NCBI GenBank assembly: GCA_043812915.1
Contig: JBDRLQ010000016.1
Location: forward strand, 36,318 to 100,317
Reading direction: 5' to 3'
DNA from: Candidatus Micrarchaeota archaeon
GTDB lineage: Archaea; Micrarchaeota; Micrarchaeia; Anstonellales; Bilamarchaeaceae
Length of the DNA stretch: 64,000 bases
The position numbers were made by a program, and so were the translations under genes. Of this stretch, positions 9,070 to 18,703 are shown piece by piece (position 1 is the first letter of the stretch; every line of letters begins with the position of its first letter). The notes below the pieces were generated by a model, which saw only the letters and a list, made by a program, of their open reading frames with translations, made no database searches and was not told the DNA's origin.

Positions 9070-9077
9070 GTGTAACT

Positions 9078-10019
9078 ATGAAGAAATTGCTTATTGCGGT
9101 GGGGCTAATGACCCTGCTGCTTTTTGGATGCGTGCAGGAGCAGCCTCCTGTGGATGGGCCCGGACCAACGATGACCTGTGACGAGCACTGCAAGCAGCAG
9201 CCTCACGCACAGTGCGTCGGGACCTGGGACAACTCAGGGGATTACCCTGTCTGTATCTGCAATTATATATGCGAACAGGAAGAGCCTGAGCCGCCGGCCC
9301 AGCTACCAAATCCTGCCGCTGTGAACTGCGATGACAAGGGCTACTCCTATGAAATCCGCGATGAGACTGGATACTGCAGCCATGGAACCAAGGAATGCGA
9401 GGAATGGGCGCTATACAGGATGGAATGCTGCCTTGCAGACGCTGACTGCTCTGGAATGGAATGTGGCGGCCGTGTAGGGGCATCATGCGTGAAGAACTCG
9501 TGCGCATGCCCCGATACTGTGGACCTGATTCCTCCGGTAGCTACTGGCAAGACAATCAGGCAGCTTCTCGATGACTCTCTGGCCGATATAAACGACGAGT
9601 TCTATGCTGAGATAGAATCCGGCACGTTCAATACAACCAGCTACAAGTGGCTGCACACTGCGGAGGATGAGCCCGGCTCCATAACGATTGGTGATGCTGG
9701 TGTCCAGGGAGACATCCTCTTTAGCAACCAGGAGATGGAGGGTGTTGTGGCATTTGGCATGAAGTCCTTTGTCCAGACCGACGGGGTGCACAAGGAAGCG
9801 CGGGGCATCGCCATATTCGACGGCGGGGCGCCTCTGCTCTCGGCGGCATACAGCGACGGTGGCTCATTCAGCATCTCTTATCGGGCACCGACGCCGGACC
9901 TTCGTTTCAGCGACTGCACCGTGACCGAGCTGGAAAGATTCACCCAGCTTGAGCATGACAACCGCGTCCTTGACCTGTTCCACTTCACATGCGATGATGT
10001 GGAAGTGGTTGAGGATTAG
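9078..10019 (+). CDS. Cys-rich lipoprotein-like secreted protein; tandem paralog of 8377..9069
   Basis: Signal peptide with a lipobox-like LLFGC. N-terminal Cys-rich module of about 20 Cys. The C-terminal domain is homologous to the upstream gene product. Confidence 0.6.
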   Translation: MKKLLIAVGLMTLLLFGCVQEQPPVDGPGPTMTCDEHCKQQPHAQCVGTWDNSGDYPVCICNYICEQEEPEPPAQLPNPAAVNCDDKGYSYEIRDETGYCSHGTKECEEWALYRMECCLADADCSGMECGGRVGASCVKNSCACPDTVDLIPPVATGKTIRQLLDDSLADINDEFYAEIESGTFNTTSYKWLHTAEDEPGSITIGDAGVQGDILFSNQEMEGVVAFGMKSFVQTDGVHKEARGIAIFDGGAPLLSAAYSDGGSFSISYRAPTPDLRFSDCTVTELERFTQLEHDNRVLDLFHFTCDDVEVVED

Positions 10020-10051
10020 CTTTTTTTCTTTTTCCTTCCTTTTTCTTATTT

Positions 10052-10627
10052 GTGATTTGGATGGTACTGACACCTTCTTCAGCAGATGCTTTGGGAAACG
10101 GGGATAAGGCGCCTGATTTCATCCTTCCGGGTGTTGATGGCAAGGATTATTCAATTTCAGCCTTTTCTGGAAAGAAAGCGGTGCTTGTTGTTTTCATGTG
10201 CAACCACTGCCCTTATGTGATTCCAAAGCTGGGTTACCTAGTCCACCTTCAGGAGAAGTACGGCCCGCAGGGCCTGCAGCTTATTGGGATAAACTCCAAT
10301 GACCCGACCGACTATCCGGATGACAGCTTCGAGAACATGAAGGTGATTGCGGAGCAGCATAAGTTCAATTTCCCCTATCTCTTTGATGAAAGCCAGGAAG
10401 TTGCAAAGTCCTATGGGGCCACCTGTACTCCGGACCCGTTCCTTTTCGACAGGGATTTGAAATTGGCATTCCACGGCAGGTTCGACGACGCGCACGGCAA
10501 GTTCCATGAGGATGGCAGGACTTCGGAGATGGAGGATGCGATACGGCAGGCGCTCGCGGGGAGAGAGGTTGAAGTCCCGCAGGAGCCGTCGCTCGGATGC
10601 TCAATCAAATGGAAAATCCGGGAATAG
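10052..10627 (+). CDS. thioredoxin-fold thiol-disulfide oxidoreductase (AhpC/TSA-redoxin family)
   Basis: CNHCPYV CxxC motif in a redoxin-like context (FMCNHCPYVIPKL). Confidence 0.6.
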   Translation: MIWMVLTPSSADALGNGDKAPDFILPGVDGKDYSISAFSGKKAVLVVFMCNHCPYVIPKLGYLVHLQEKYGPQGLQLIGINSNDPTDYPDDSFENMKVIAEQHKFNFPYLFDESQEVAKSYGATCTPDPFLFDRDLKLAFHGRFDDAHGKFHEDGRTSEMEDAIRQALAGREVEVPQEPSLGCSIKWKIRE

Positions 10628-10684
10628 CCGGCCAAGCGAAAGCCAATTAAAGAGGGTTGGGCAATATCCATCCCCGGTGAACAA

Positions 10685-11371
10685 ATGGCAAAATTCAACC
10701 AGGAAGAATTCAACTCCTTTATTCTGGAAAACGGCGTTATAGGGTTTTTCAAAGAGCCAATCAAGCTGAAGTCCGGCAGGATGTCCAACTGGTATGTGAA
10801 CTGGAGGACACCGACCGGAGATGTATTCCTTCTGGATAAGCTCACGGACTTCGTCCTCGCTTTCGCGGAGGACAACAATCTTGCGCCTGACTGTTTTTAT
10901 GGAGTCCCTGAAGGGGCGACCAAGCTGGGCCTCATAACCCAGTACAAGTACGCCAGGAATTCCCCCAACTACTCGAAAGGAAGCCACGTCCTCCCGATGG
11001 GGAGGGCAAAGCCCAAGGAGCACGGGGCCCCAAAAGACAGGTTCTTTGTCGGGCAGCCGGAGGGCAGGGTGATTGTCCTTGAGGATGTCACAACCACCGG
11101 CGGCTCCCTGCTATGCACAATAAGCCAGCTCAGGGAGGCCGGGATTGAAGTGGCTGTGGCAATAAGCCTGACAAACAGGATGGAGATGCGCGATGACAAC
11201 AAGAGCGTGAAACAGGCCCTCGGGGAGAAAGGTGTGAGATACCTTGCGATGAGCAGCGCACTGGACCTTCTTCCTGCTTCGTACGCGAAACTCAATCCTG
11301 GGGAGGAAGTGGCCTCTGGAATAGAGGCGGAATTCGGGAAATACGGGGTAGAGGCGCTGAAATTGAGGTAA
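10685..11371 (+). CDS. pyrE: orotate phosphoribosyltransferase-like type I PRTase
   Basis: PRPP-binding motif VIVLEDVTTTGGSL. N-terminal IKLKSGRMSNWYVNWR resembles OPRTase. Adjacent to the pyrF-like gene. Confidence 0.6.
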   Translation: MAKFNQEEFNSFILENGVIGFFKEPIKLKSGRMSNWYVNWRTPTGDVFLLDKLTDFVLAFAEDNNLAPDCFYGVPEGATKLGLITQYKYARNSPNYSKGSHVLPMGRAKPKEHGAPKDRFFVGQPEGRVIVLEDVTTTGGSLLCTISQLREAGIEVAVAISLTNRMEMRDDNKSVKQALGEKGVRYLAMSSALDLLPASYAKLNPGEEVASGIEAEFGKYGVEALKLR

Positions 11372-11376
11372 TATCC

Positions 11377-12141
11377 ATGATAATCAACATAAATAGGAGT
11401 ATAATCCCAGCGTGCGACGTCACGCTTGACGAGTATAGGGAAATCGTGAAGGCGACTGCTGACATAAGGAAGATTGGCGCCTACAAGGTCGGGATATCCT
11501 TCCTCGATGTCGGCCTGAAGGCCGTTGTGGACAGCACAAGGGAATTCTCGGACAAGCCGGTAATATATGACCATCAGAAAGCGGGCACGGACATCCCGGA
11601 ATCCACACCATCCAAGTTCATGGACAGCATGGTTCGTGCTGGCATCAACGCTGTAATCCTCTTTCCCCAGGCGGGGCCAGCAACTGAATACGAGTGGATT
11701 AACGCCGCCAAGGACAAGGGCCTCGGGGTGATAGTTGGAGGGGAGATGACCCACGCCAGATACCTTGACGGGGACAGTTCAGAGAGCAAAAAGAAGAACT
11801 ACACAGAAATCTTCAGGGAGCTCGGGATTGAACGGGAGCTCACCGGCTACTTAAGGAGAAGCGCCCCTGATGACATTTACGAATTGGCGGCAAGGATGGG
11901 TGTTGCTGATTTTGTGGTTCCTGGAAACAAGCCGGACCGGATACGGCATTACAAGGGGCTAATTGAAAAGTGCGGGGTGAAAGAGCCGGTGTTCTACTCG
12001 CCAGGGCTGGTAGCCCAAGGGGGAGAAATATCCGAGGGCGCGGAAGCGGCAGGTGAGCGCTTCCACGCAATTGTCGGCCGTGGCATCTACCAGGCGCAAG
12101 ACAAGAAGAAAGCCGCCCTGGAAATGACCTGCAGGCTCTAG
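11377..12141 (+). CDS. pyrF: orotidine-5'-phosphate decarboxylase-like protein
   Basis: YKVG...DHQKAGTDIPEST matches the DxKxxDIP OMPdecase signature. KGD/HPS relatives cannot be excluded. Confidence 0.55.
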   Translation: MIININRSIIPACDVTLDEYREIVKATADIRKIGAYKVGISFLDVGLKAVVDSTREFSDKPVIYDHQKAGTDIPESTPSKFMDSMVRAGINAVILFPQAGPATEYEWINAAKDKGLGVIVGGEMTHARYLDGDSSESKKKNYTEIFRELGIERELTGYLRRSAPDDIYELAARMGVADFVVPGNKPDRIRHYKGLIEKCGVKEPVFYSPGLVAQGGEISEGAEAAGERFHAIVGRGIYQAQDKKKAALEMTCRL

Positions 12142-12836
12142 CGGGTGCAGGTGTATATCCCGGAGTCCTTTACCTTGCCTCCGGTAATTTCGCTCATTTT
12201 GGCCTTTGCCTCCTCCATTGTGTCCCTGAGCATCTTCTCAGGAACGCCAGGAGGGCTGTAGATTAGCATCAGCACCCGGCTCGTCCCGGCGTGTATGGCG
12301 GTCCTCATGGAATCGGCGGTCGGTCCCCCGAAAATGGAGATATCGTCCTTTGTGAGCAGCCGGTCATCAGTGCTCATGTCCTTCCCGCCAATCCCGATGT
12401 ACTTGCCGCCTTCTTTCCCGATGTGCAGCCTGATTATACCCTTCACATTGGCGGCATCATACACGCCGCAGGGGTAGCCGGTCGTCATTGAGATGACATT
12501 GTTGGTATCGACAACGGTGTTTATCCGCTCGATTCCCTTCCCGCTGACAATCCTCCTTATCAGCGCCTCGCTCGATGCCCTGTCCTTTGTGGGATCAAGG
12601 CCAACTGTTGAGAACAGCTTCCTGATTGCCTTTATCACATTGTCCTTCGGGATGGCCTCAGCATTCGGGAATTTCTCTTCCACCTGGACCATCGCAACCT
12701 CAATCATGTTGTCCATCGCCATGCCATCGCGCCTGACCACAACATCCTCAAAGAGGATGTATCCTACCTTTAGCCCCTCCAGCTTCTCCTTGGCCTCAGG
12801 ATATACCTTGAATCTGATTTTTTCCATAACAATCAC
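12138..12836 (-). CDS. B3/4 domain protein (PheT B3/B4-like)
   Basis: Sequence pattern typical of stand-alone B3/4 proteins. Its start overlaps the ferredoxin-subunit stop by 4 nt, so it lies at the 3' end of the hydrogenase operon. Confidence 0.45.
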   Translation of the reverse strand: MIVMEKIRFKVYPEAKEKLEGLKVGYILFEDVVVRRDGMAMDNMIEVAMVQVEEKFPNAEAIPKDNVIKAIRKLFSTVGLDPTKDRASSEALIRRIVSGKGIERINTVVDTNNVISMTTGYPCGVYDAANVKGIIRLHIGKEGGKYIGIGGKDMSTDDRLLTKDDISIFGGPTADSMRTAIHAGTSRVLMLIYSPPGVPEKMLRDTMEEAKAKMSEITGGKVKDSGIYTCTR

Positions 12837-13198
12837 TTCGTTGCTTTTCTGGGCCTCGGATTCGGCCCTGGCAGCTGTTTCTTGTATAGCTTTTTGTCGG
12901 TATCAGCGTTCTCATAGCTGTTTGAGAACCATATCACGTTGACCGGGCAGACCTCTGCGCACAGCCCGCAGTAGATGCACAGGCTCCGGTCCACAATAGC
13001 GTATTTGCTGGCCTGGTCGACCACAATCGCCCCTGTCGGGCAGTTCATCTCGCAGAGCCTGCACGATATGCATTTCTTCTGGTCCACATGTATCCTGCCC
13101 CTGAAATTGATTGAGACCTTGCTCTCCTTCTTGGGATACTCATTCGTGAAGGGCTTTGCGAAAAGGTTCTTCAATACCTTGATGATCATCGACACCAT
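12833..13198 (-). CDS. 2x[4Fe-4S] ferredoxin subunit of a group-4 hydrogenase (NuoI/EchF-like)
   Basis: Two CxxCxxCxxxCP motifs (CISCRLCEMNCP, CIYCGLCAEVCP). Confidence 0.8.
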   Translation of the reverse strand: MVSMIIKVLKNLFAKPFTNEYPKKESKVSINFRGRIHVDQKKCISCRLCEMNCPTGAIVVDQASKYAIVDRSLCIYCGLCAEVCPVNVIWFSNSYENADTDKKLYKKQLPGPNPRPRKATK

Positions 13199-13201
13199 GT
13201 T

Positions 13202-14029
13202 TCACACCAGCAGGAATATGTCCAGGAACGCCAGCAGTGCAAGCGCAAGGAAGGTCCTGACAGTCACGACAGTAGAGTATCTTGGGGAGCTAGTCAGCAT
13301 TATGGCATAGAATATCATGAAGAAGGGGGCGAGCAGCAGCCCGTACACCTTCCCGACAAGCAGAACCCCGAGTAGTATGTAAACCACCAAATCCTTTGTC
13401 CATTCAGCAACTTCGAGCAATGCGAGCTTCCTCCCGGAGTACTCAGAGAAGAACCCCGCGGATATCTCCGCTTCAGCCGACATCACATCATAGGGCGTTA
13501 CCCTGAGTATCACGAAAGCGGTGAATATCAGGAAAAGGGAAGCGAAGGGCATCTGCATGAACGCGAACTCCGTGCTGAAATCAGCAAGCCCGCTCGCCCC
13601 GGTCTTGTAGAAGAAGAGGGAGAGCACGATGAGGAACGTAATCTCATATCCGAGCATCAGTAGCAGTTCCCTCACGCTGGCACACATCCCGAACGGGGAG
13701 CGGCTTGCGACAGCGCCGAATATGTAGAACGTGTCCTGGAGGATGAACAGGTATCCGATCACTATGAAATCGAAGCTGAATCCTAGGACCGAGAAAGGGA
13801 CGAACAGTACGAGCGCGATTGTACATATGAACGCGAGGTAAGGAACGAGGCTGAATACCATGTTGTCATAGTAGAACCCCTCCTTCCCAAGCAGCTTGAA
13901 TATATCATAGAAAGGCTGCATCAGGGGCGGGCCCTGCCGGTTGTGCATGTGCGCGACAATCTTCCTCCTTATTCCCTCGAACGCGAGGGCAAGGGGAATT
14001 AGCATTATAGCCAATAGCCAGTCAATCAT
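13202..14029 (-). CDS. membrane subunit, NuoH/EchB/HycD-like
   Basis: Polytopic membrane protein with HNRQGPPLMQPFYDIFK, a NuoH-family signature. Start trimmed to 14029 to avoid overlap with the large subunit. Confidence 0.7.
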   Translation of the reverse strand: MIDWLLAIMLIPLALAFEGIRRKIVAHMHNRQGPPLMQPFYDIFKLLGKEGFYYDNMVFSLVPYLAFICTIALVLFVPFSVLGFSFDFIVIGYLFILQDTFYIFGAVASRSPFGMCASVRELLLMLGYEITFLIVLSLFFYKTGASGLADFSTEFAFMQMPFASLFLIFTAFVILRVTPYDVMSAEAEISAGFFSEYSGRKLALLEVAEWTKDLVVYILLGVLLVGKVYGLLLAPFFMIFYAIMLTSSPRYSTVVTVRTFLALALLAFLDIFLLV

Positions 14030-15203
14030 GTTTCCGACCCGCGAACAGCTCATGGCTGTTCCAAACTTCCTTCTTACCATTCTTCACGACAGCAACCCTC
14101 TCCATGCAGGATATGCACGGGTCAAGGCTGCCGATAATCACCGGCACGTCTGTTATATCCTCTCCCTCCAAAACCTTCGAATATGAAATGACATTCGCGA
14201 GCGTCGGCGTCCGCAGTTTCAGCCTGAACACCCTGTTCTTCTCGACTTTCAGGAAATGGAAATTCTCCCCTCTCGGGGCCTCGCTCCTTCCGACCCCTGT
14301 GGCTTCGGCGACGAAGAACCCCGGCTTCTTTGGGACATCTTCTCCAGGCTCAATCATCTGGCATGCCTTCCGGATTAGCCGGACGCACTCAGGTATCTCA
14401 TCCAGGCGGTTCATGCTCCGGGTGTACGAATCACCGCCATCCTTAACTACCGGCTTCACCTTCAGCTCCTTGAATGCGTATGCCATGTAAGGCGCATGCC
14501 TGCGCACATCATAGTCAATGCCCGAGGCCCTTGCGACCGGACCGACTAATCCCAGTTCCCTGGCAGTATCCTTGGAAATGTTGCCGTGCTTCCTGAACCT
14601 GCTGCTTATGACATCGTTCTTTGCCATCACCTCGCGAAGCTCCTTAACTTCAGGCTCGATTACATCAAGTTTCTCAAGCACGAAATCAAGCTCCGCCTTG
14701 CCAAAGCTCCTCTTTGCGCTACCGACCAAATCAGGGGAATGGTGCACCCTGTTGCCGGTAAGTTCATCGAATATATCGAGTATATGCTCCCTTTCCTTCC
14801 AATAGTACATGAAGAGGGTCTCAAGCCCGATTTCATGGGCCATAACACCCGCCCAGAGCAGGTGGGAATGAACCCTCTCCAGCTCCGCGGTAATCAGCCT
14901 CTGCAGGTATACCTTGTCGGGCACCTTCTTCCCAATCATGGGCTCCGATGCGTTCAGGAACGCCATCGAATGGCACTGCGAGCAGATTCCGCACGTCCTC
15001 TGCACTGCGTGCAGTGCGCTGTCAAGGAACATGTTCTCGGCGCATTTCTCCACCCCGCGGTGCGCGTAGCCCAGGTTGAATTCCGCCTTGACTATATAGC
15101 TGCCATCGACATGCAGCTTCAGGAATATCGGCTCTTTAAGGGCAGGATGCTGCGGCCCAATCGGGTACATCGTTGTGTGCATCATCCCACCTTGCCAATG
15201 CAC
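14022..15203 (-). CDS. [NiFe] hydrogenase large subunit, group 4 (EchE/MbhL/NuoD-like)
   Basis: N-terminal RxCGxCxxxH (RTCGICSQCH) and C-terminal DPCxxC (DPCISC) Ni-Fe ligand motifs. Confidence 0.85.
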   Translation of the reverse strand: MHWQGGMMHTTMYPIGPQHPALKEPIFLKLHVDGSYIVKAEFNLGYAHRGVEKCAENMFLDSALHAVQRTCGICSQCHSMAFLNASEPMIGKKVPDKVYLQRLITAELERVHSHLLWAGVMAHEIGLETLFMYYWKEREHILDIFDELTGNRVHHSPDLVGSAKRSFGKAELDFVLEKLDVIEPEVKELREVMAKNDVISSRFRKHGNISKDTARELGLVGPVARASGIDYDVRRHAPYMAYAFKELKVKPVVKDGGDSYTRSMNRLDEIPECVRLIRKACQMIEPGEDVPKKPGFFVAEATGVGRSEAPRGENFHFLKVEKNRVFRLKLRTPTLANVISYSKVLEGEDITDVPVIIGSLDPCISCMERVAVVKNGKKEVWNSHELFAGRKHD

Positions 15204-15529
15204 CTGGACGTCTCAAAGGCTTTTTGTGCAGCCTCCCTCCCGTCCGCGGCCTGGAACAGCCGCTTTCCGCTAAACTCATTCCCCTCAAACCGTATCCCGA
15301 AAAGCTCAGTGACCTCCGCCTCCAGCAGGGCGGCATTGGCGAATATACCAATCAGGCTCTGCACCTTCTCCCCTTTTGGGACCTCGAGCTCCACCTGCCC
15401 TATCTCAGTTTTGCTCTTCCATGAGAAATGGTAGTACAGGGTCTGCCTCCCGTCCTTGTTCACACTGGTAATGGAAATCAGCCGCTCGGGCTTTAGCTTC
15501 TTCACCTTATCTGCTGCGCTTAACATCAA
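15182..15529 (-). CDS. NuoC/EchD-like hydrogenase subunit
   Basis: About 115 aa with NuoC-like sequence features. Position between the small and large subunits is conserved. Confidence 0.6.
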   Translation of the reverse strand: MMLSAADKVKKLKPERLISITSVNKDGRQTLYYHFSWKSKTEIGQVELEVPKGEKVQSLIGIFANAALLEAEVTELFGIRFEGNEFSGKRLFQAADGREAAQKAFETSRCIGKVG

Positions 15530-15920
15530 GACACTTCCTTATGCCGTCAATTATCGTTTCGGGCCTCGGCGGGCAGCCGGGCACATACACATCCACAGGT
15601 ATGATTTTGTCCAGGGGGCCGAGAGTTGAATATGAATCCTTGTACAAACCGCCGCTCACGCAGCACGCACCGATTGCGACAACCCTTTTTGGCTTTGGCA
15701 GCTGCGAATAGATGTTCATCAGCCTCTTCACGTTCTGCTTATTCACTATCCCTGTCACCAGCAGCACGTCCGCGTGCTTCGCGCTGGCCTTGAGCTCCAT
15801 CCCGAACCTTGTGATGTCGTATCTTGGATTGAAACACGCCAGGCATTCAAGTGTGCATCCGTTGCACCCTCCGGCGTTGAAGAAGCTTATCCAGGGGGAT
15901 TTCTTTATAATAGCGCTCAT
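15507..15920 (-). CDS. [NiFe] hydrogenase small subunit, NuoB/EchC-like
   Basis: GGCNGCTLE...GACCVSGG...PGCPP cysteine pattern of NuoB-like [4Fe-4S] subunits. Confidence 0.85.
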   Translation of the reverse strand: MSAIIKKSPWISFFNAGGCNGCTLECLACFNPRYDITRFGMELKASAKHADVLLVTGIVNKQNVKRLMNIYSQLPKPKRVVAIGACCVSGGLYKDSYSTLGPLDKIIPVDVYVPGCPPRPETIIDGIRKCLDVKRSR

Positions 15921-16032
15921 TTCCTTCTCCCCAAAAGGTCCTTTAGGAACGAGAGCAGCAGGTCTGAGAAGTCCTTTGGCATCATGCTGTTCTCGTCAAG
16001 GTCTTCCCCGCCCAGATATACCTTCGTCTTCC

Positions 16033-16737
16033 TCATGTGTACATCTCCAGTATCGTAAACAGTATCTGGGGGGCAATCCCCAGCACGACCGTGAATATTG
16101 CCAGCGCGGTTGACAGCGCATTTGGGATTATCCCGAAGCTAATCGGCTTCTTCCCCTTCCCGGCAAACAGAACATAGCAAATCCTGAAATAGAACAGGAA
16201 TGCAACTAAGCTTGCAAACACAGTCCCTAACATCAGAGCCGGGTGCACCGTGAATAAAGATGAATATATTATGAATTCCCCGATAAATACGTTGAACCCT
16301 GGCATCCCGCCAAGGGAGAGGCAGGCTATGCAGAGCAGAAGCGCGAGGTACTGGTTGCTCTCATAGATGCCAGCATAGTCCCGCACCCCGTCCTTCCGCA
16401 GCCCCCCGTACAGGATGGCCATTGTTATCGCGAACAATCCCCCTGCCACAGCGAAATTTATCAGCTGCAGCACGGCGAACCACACCGACTTTTCTATAAG
16501 CAGCGCTGTGCTGACATCCAGAAGGAAATAGAAGAACTGGATTATTGTCGAGAAGAGCACGTACTTCATGAAGGACTTGTCGAACAATCCGATGAAGCTG
16601 AAAATTGTTATTCCGAGGATGCACGCAACGCTGAAGGCAATCCTGAATTCCGGCGCAAGCTCCATTCCATTGGCCAGAATGAGGTACATCGCGGCAAGAG
16701 CTATGAAAAATACTGCCAAGGGCAGCGCACGTCTCAT
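16033..16737 (-). CDS. short (234 aa) membrane subunit resembling only the C-terminal part of NuoL/M/N-MrpD antiporter-like subunits
   Basis: GGMPGFNVFIGEF motif, cf. GxPPxxGFxxK of antiporter-like subunits. 7-8 TM helices. Much shorter than EchA/MbhH. Confidence 0.5.
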   Translation of the reverse strand: MRRALPLAVFFIALAAMYLILANGMELAPEFRIAFSVACILGITIFSFIGLFDKSFMKYVLFSTIIQFFYFLLDVSTALLIEKSVWFAVLQLINFAVAGGLFAITMAILYGGLRKDGVRDYAGIYESNQYLALLLCIACLSLGGMPGFNVFIGEFIIYSSLFTVHPALMLGTVFASLVAFLFYFRICYVLFAGKGKKPISFGIIPNALSTALAIFTVVLGIAPQILFTILEMYT

Positions 16738-16767
16738 GGGAGGAGTTCGGAGATAAGGAATATAAAG

Positions 16768-17241
16768 TTAGCAGTGGGGATCCCGAAGCCGCCTGTTCAG
16801 GACTGCGGCGACCTCGTTCCCCCTTTTTTTCACAATGCCGCTCATCGGCTCCCCGAATTCAATGGATTCCGGCTGCACCCCGAGGACATAAAGCCTTGCA
16901 TCGGGCAGCATCCTGGCAAATAGCAGGAACGACATGGAGTGCGTGCTGGCGCTGCTTTTCTGGAGCTGTTCAGAACTGACAAAGCCGATTGTCCCAGGTT
17001 CCTCCCCGAAATCAGCGGCATCAACAATCAGTATCACATCAGGCGCGATGGGCTTGATTGTCTTAATGTAATTCTCAGGCATGGTGGCGCAGAAGATTTT
17101 GGAATCAGTTTTCAGCCTGTCAAACACATACTTGCCAAGGGCGTCATCGCCCTTCATGTCATTGCCAACGCCCAGCACGATGACTTTCTTTCCTGTTAGC
17201 GCCTTTTCCAGCTCTTCCCTCCAGCTCATCTGAATCCGCAC
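16768..17241 (-). CDS. hycI: hydrogenase maturation endopeptidase (HycI/HyaD family)
   Basis: GVGNDMKGDDALG motif. About 157 aa. Confidence 0.8.
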   Translation of the reverse strand: MRIQMSWREELEKALTGKKVIVLGVGNDMKGDDALGKYVFDRLKTDSKIFCATMPENYIKTIKPIAPDVILIVDAADFGEEPGTIGFVSSEQLQKSSASTHSMSFLLFARMLPDARLYVLGVQPESIEFGEPMSGIVKKRGNEVAAVLNRRLRDPHC

Positions 17242-17867
17242 TCCCCTCTCAACGGGACGAATATCACAGGCAACACATTATCCCAAGTCCCGCTCTTCTT
17301 GTCATAGACAACCAGCTCCTGCCTGAACTCGTCCCCGACTGGGGCTACAATCCTGCCATCAGGCTTGAGCTGCCCAACCATAGGGTGCCTCCTATCGAGT
17401 TTGGGCATTGCAGCCGTCACGATTATCCGGTCATATGGGGCCTGAGCCGCATATCCACAGCTCGCGTCTCCTGCATGCAGTTCAATGTTATCAAGCGCTT
17501 TGCAGCGCTCCAGGTTCTTTCTGGCAAGCTCCACAAGCTCAGGAATCAAATCAAAGCCGATTACCCTGCCCTTCCCCCCGACCATGCGCGAGAGCAGTGC
17601 GGTGTTGTATCCAGTCCCGGAGCCAACTTCCAGGACTTTCATCCCTGGCGCCAAAAGCAGCTTCTCAAGCATGAAAGACACCACGGTTGGAGCGGAAATA
17701 GTCTGTCCAAAGCCAACAGGGTAAGCGATGTCCTCGTATGCATGCATTGCCGCAGAGGGTGGAAAGAACATCGCACGGTCAACAGAGAGCATCGCATCCT
17801 TCACATCCGCGCTTTTGAGGAAGCCACTTGCAATAAGCCGCTCAACCATCCCCCCAAGCCCTGACAT
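17226..17867 (-). CDS. pcm: protein-L-isoaspartate O-methyltransferase
   Basis: SAM-binding VLEVGSGTGYNTA motif and overall PCMT pattern. Its 3' end overlaps the hycI start by 16 nt. Confidence 0.85.
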   Translation of the reverse strand: MSGLGGMVERLIASGFLKSADVKDAMLSVDRAMFFPPSAAMHAYEDIAYPVGFGQTISAPTVVSFMLEKLLLAPGMKVLEVGSGTGYNTALLSRMVGGKGRVIGFDLIPELVELARKNLERCKALDNIELHAGDASCGYAAQAPYDRIIVTAAMPKLDRRHPMVGQLKPDGRIVAPVGDEFRQELVVYDKKSGTWDNVLPVIFVPLRGECGFR

Positions 17868-17902
17868 AAACCTTAATAAAACAAAGATAGAGATAAATCA
17901 TT

Positions 17903-18703
17903 ATGCCTGAGCAGACTTTCGGGGGCGACGATGATGATGGCGGCTCTTATGGAGAGCAGAAGCCCCGGAAACCTAAGGAGCTGGACAAGTTCGGCCTGAT
18001 GCCGGATGCCAACATCCGCGATGTTTTCTGGGAGATGATGGGCTCATACGCCGCAACCAAGAAGCCAAGCCGGAACCTTTCCGAACTTGACAATGACAGG
18101 TTCGCCATGATACGAGTAGCAGTTACGGTGCTTGACAATCCCCAGAGCCACCACTATGGGCTCTCACCAGGTTTCGTTGCAAGGTATACCGCGATGATGC
18201 TGCTGGATGGCAAATGGTCAGATGCTTTCGCCGAATTCCTCAAGGACTGCAAGGAGAGCCGCGGGAAGGCCGATTCATACCTGATATCATCCTTCAAGTA
18301 TGTCTGGAGGGAGCCGGAATACCAGCCGCTTGTTGTGGAAAGCTTCCGGAACATGCTCCGCTCAAGGAACGGAGCCCCAATCGGGCTGTATTTTGTGGCC
18401 CAGATGAAGAACCGGGAGCTTATTTCCGCGCTCAAGCGCGAGCTCGTGATTCTGGCGAGGGGCGATGTTGGGGAGAATCAGCTCAATGCGATAGCCGCGC
18501 TTGCTCTCCTATCCAACGACCCTGATGTCATCAAGACCCTTCAGGTGCTCCTTGCGCACTGGGATGCGGAAATACGGAAGCTCGCGGCCACCTGCCTGCT
18601 CGCATATAAAAGCGATGGGTCGGTCAAGAGCTCCGCAAATAAAAGGCTGCAGACAGAGCAGAATGATGAAGTGAAGAAGATACTGGCAAAGATTTCAAAG
18701 TGA
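17903..18703 (+). CDS. hypothetical protein with HEAT/PBS-lyase-like repeats in the C-terminal half
   Basis: Acidic N-terminus. Repeated helical LLxxxDxxVRxxAxxAL-like segments. Confidence 0.45.
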   Translation: MPEQTFGGDDDDGGSYGEQKPRKPKELDKFGLMPDANIRDVFWEMMGSYAATKKPSRNLSELDNDRFAMIRVAVTVLDNPQSHHYGLSPGFVARYTAMMLLDGKWSDAFAEFLKDCKESRGKADSYLISSFKYVWREPEYQPLVVESFRNMLRSRNGAPIGLYFVAQMKNRELISALKRELVILARGDVGENQLNAIAALALLSNDPDVIKTLQVLLAHWDAEIRKLAATCLLAYKSDGSVKSSANKRLQTEQNDEVKKILAKISK

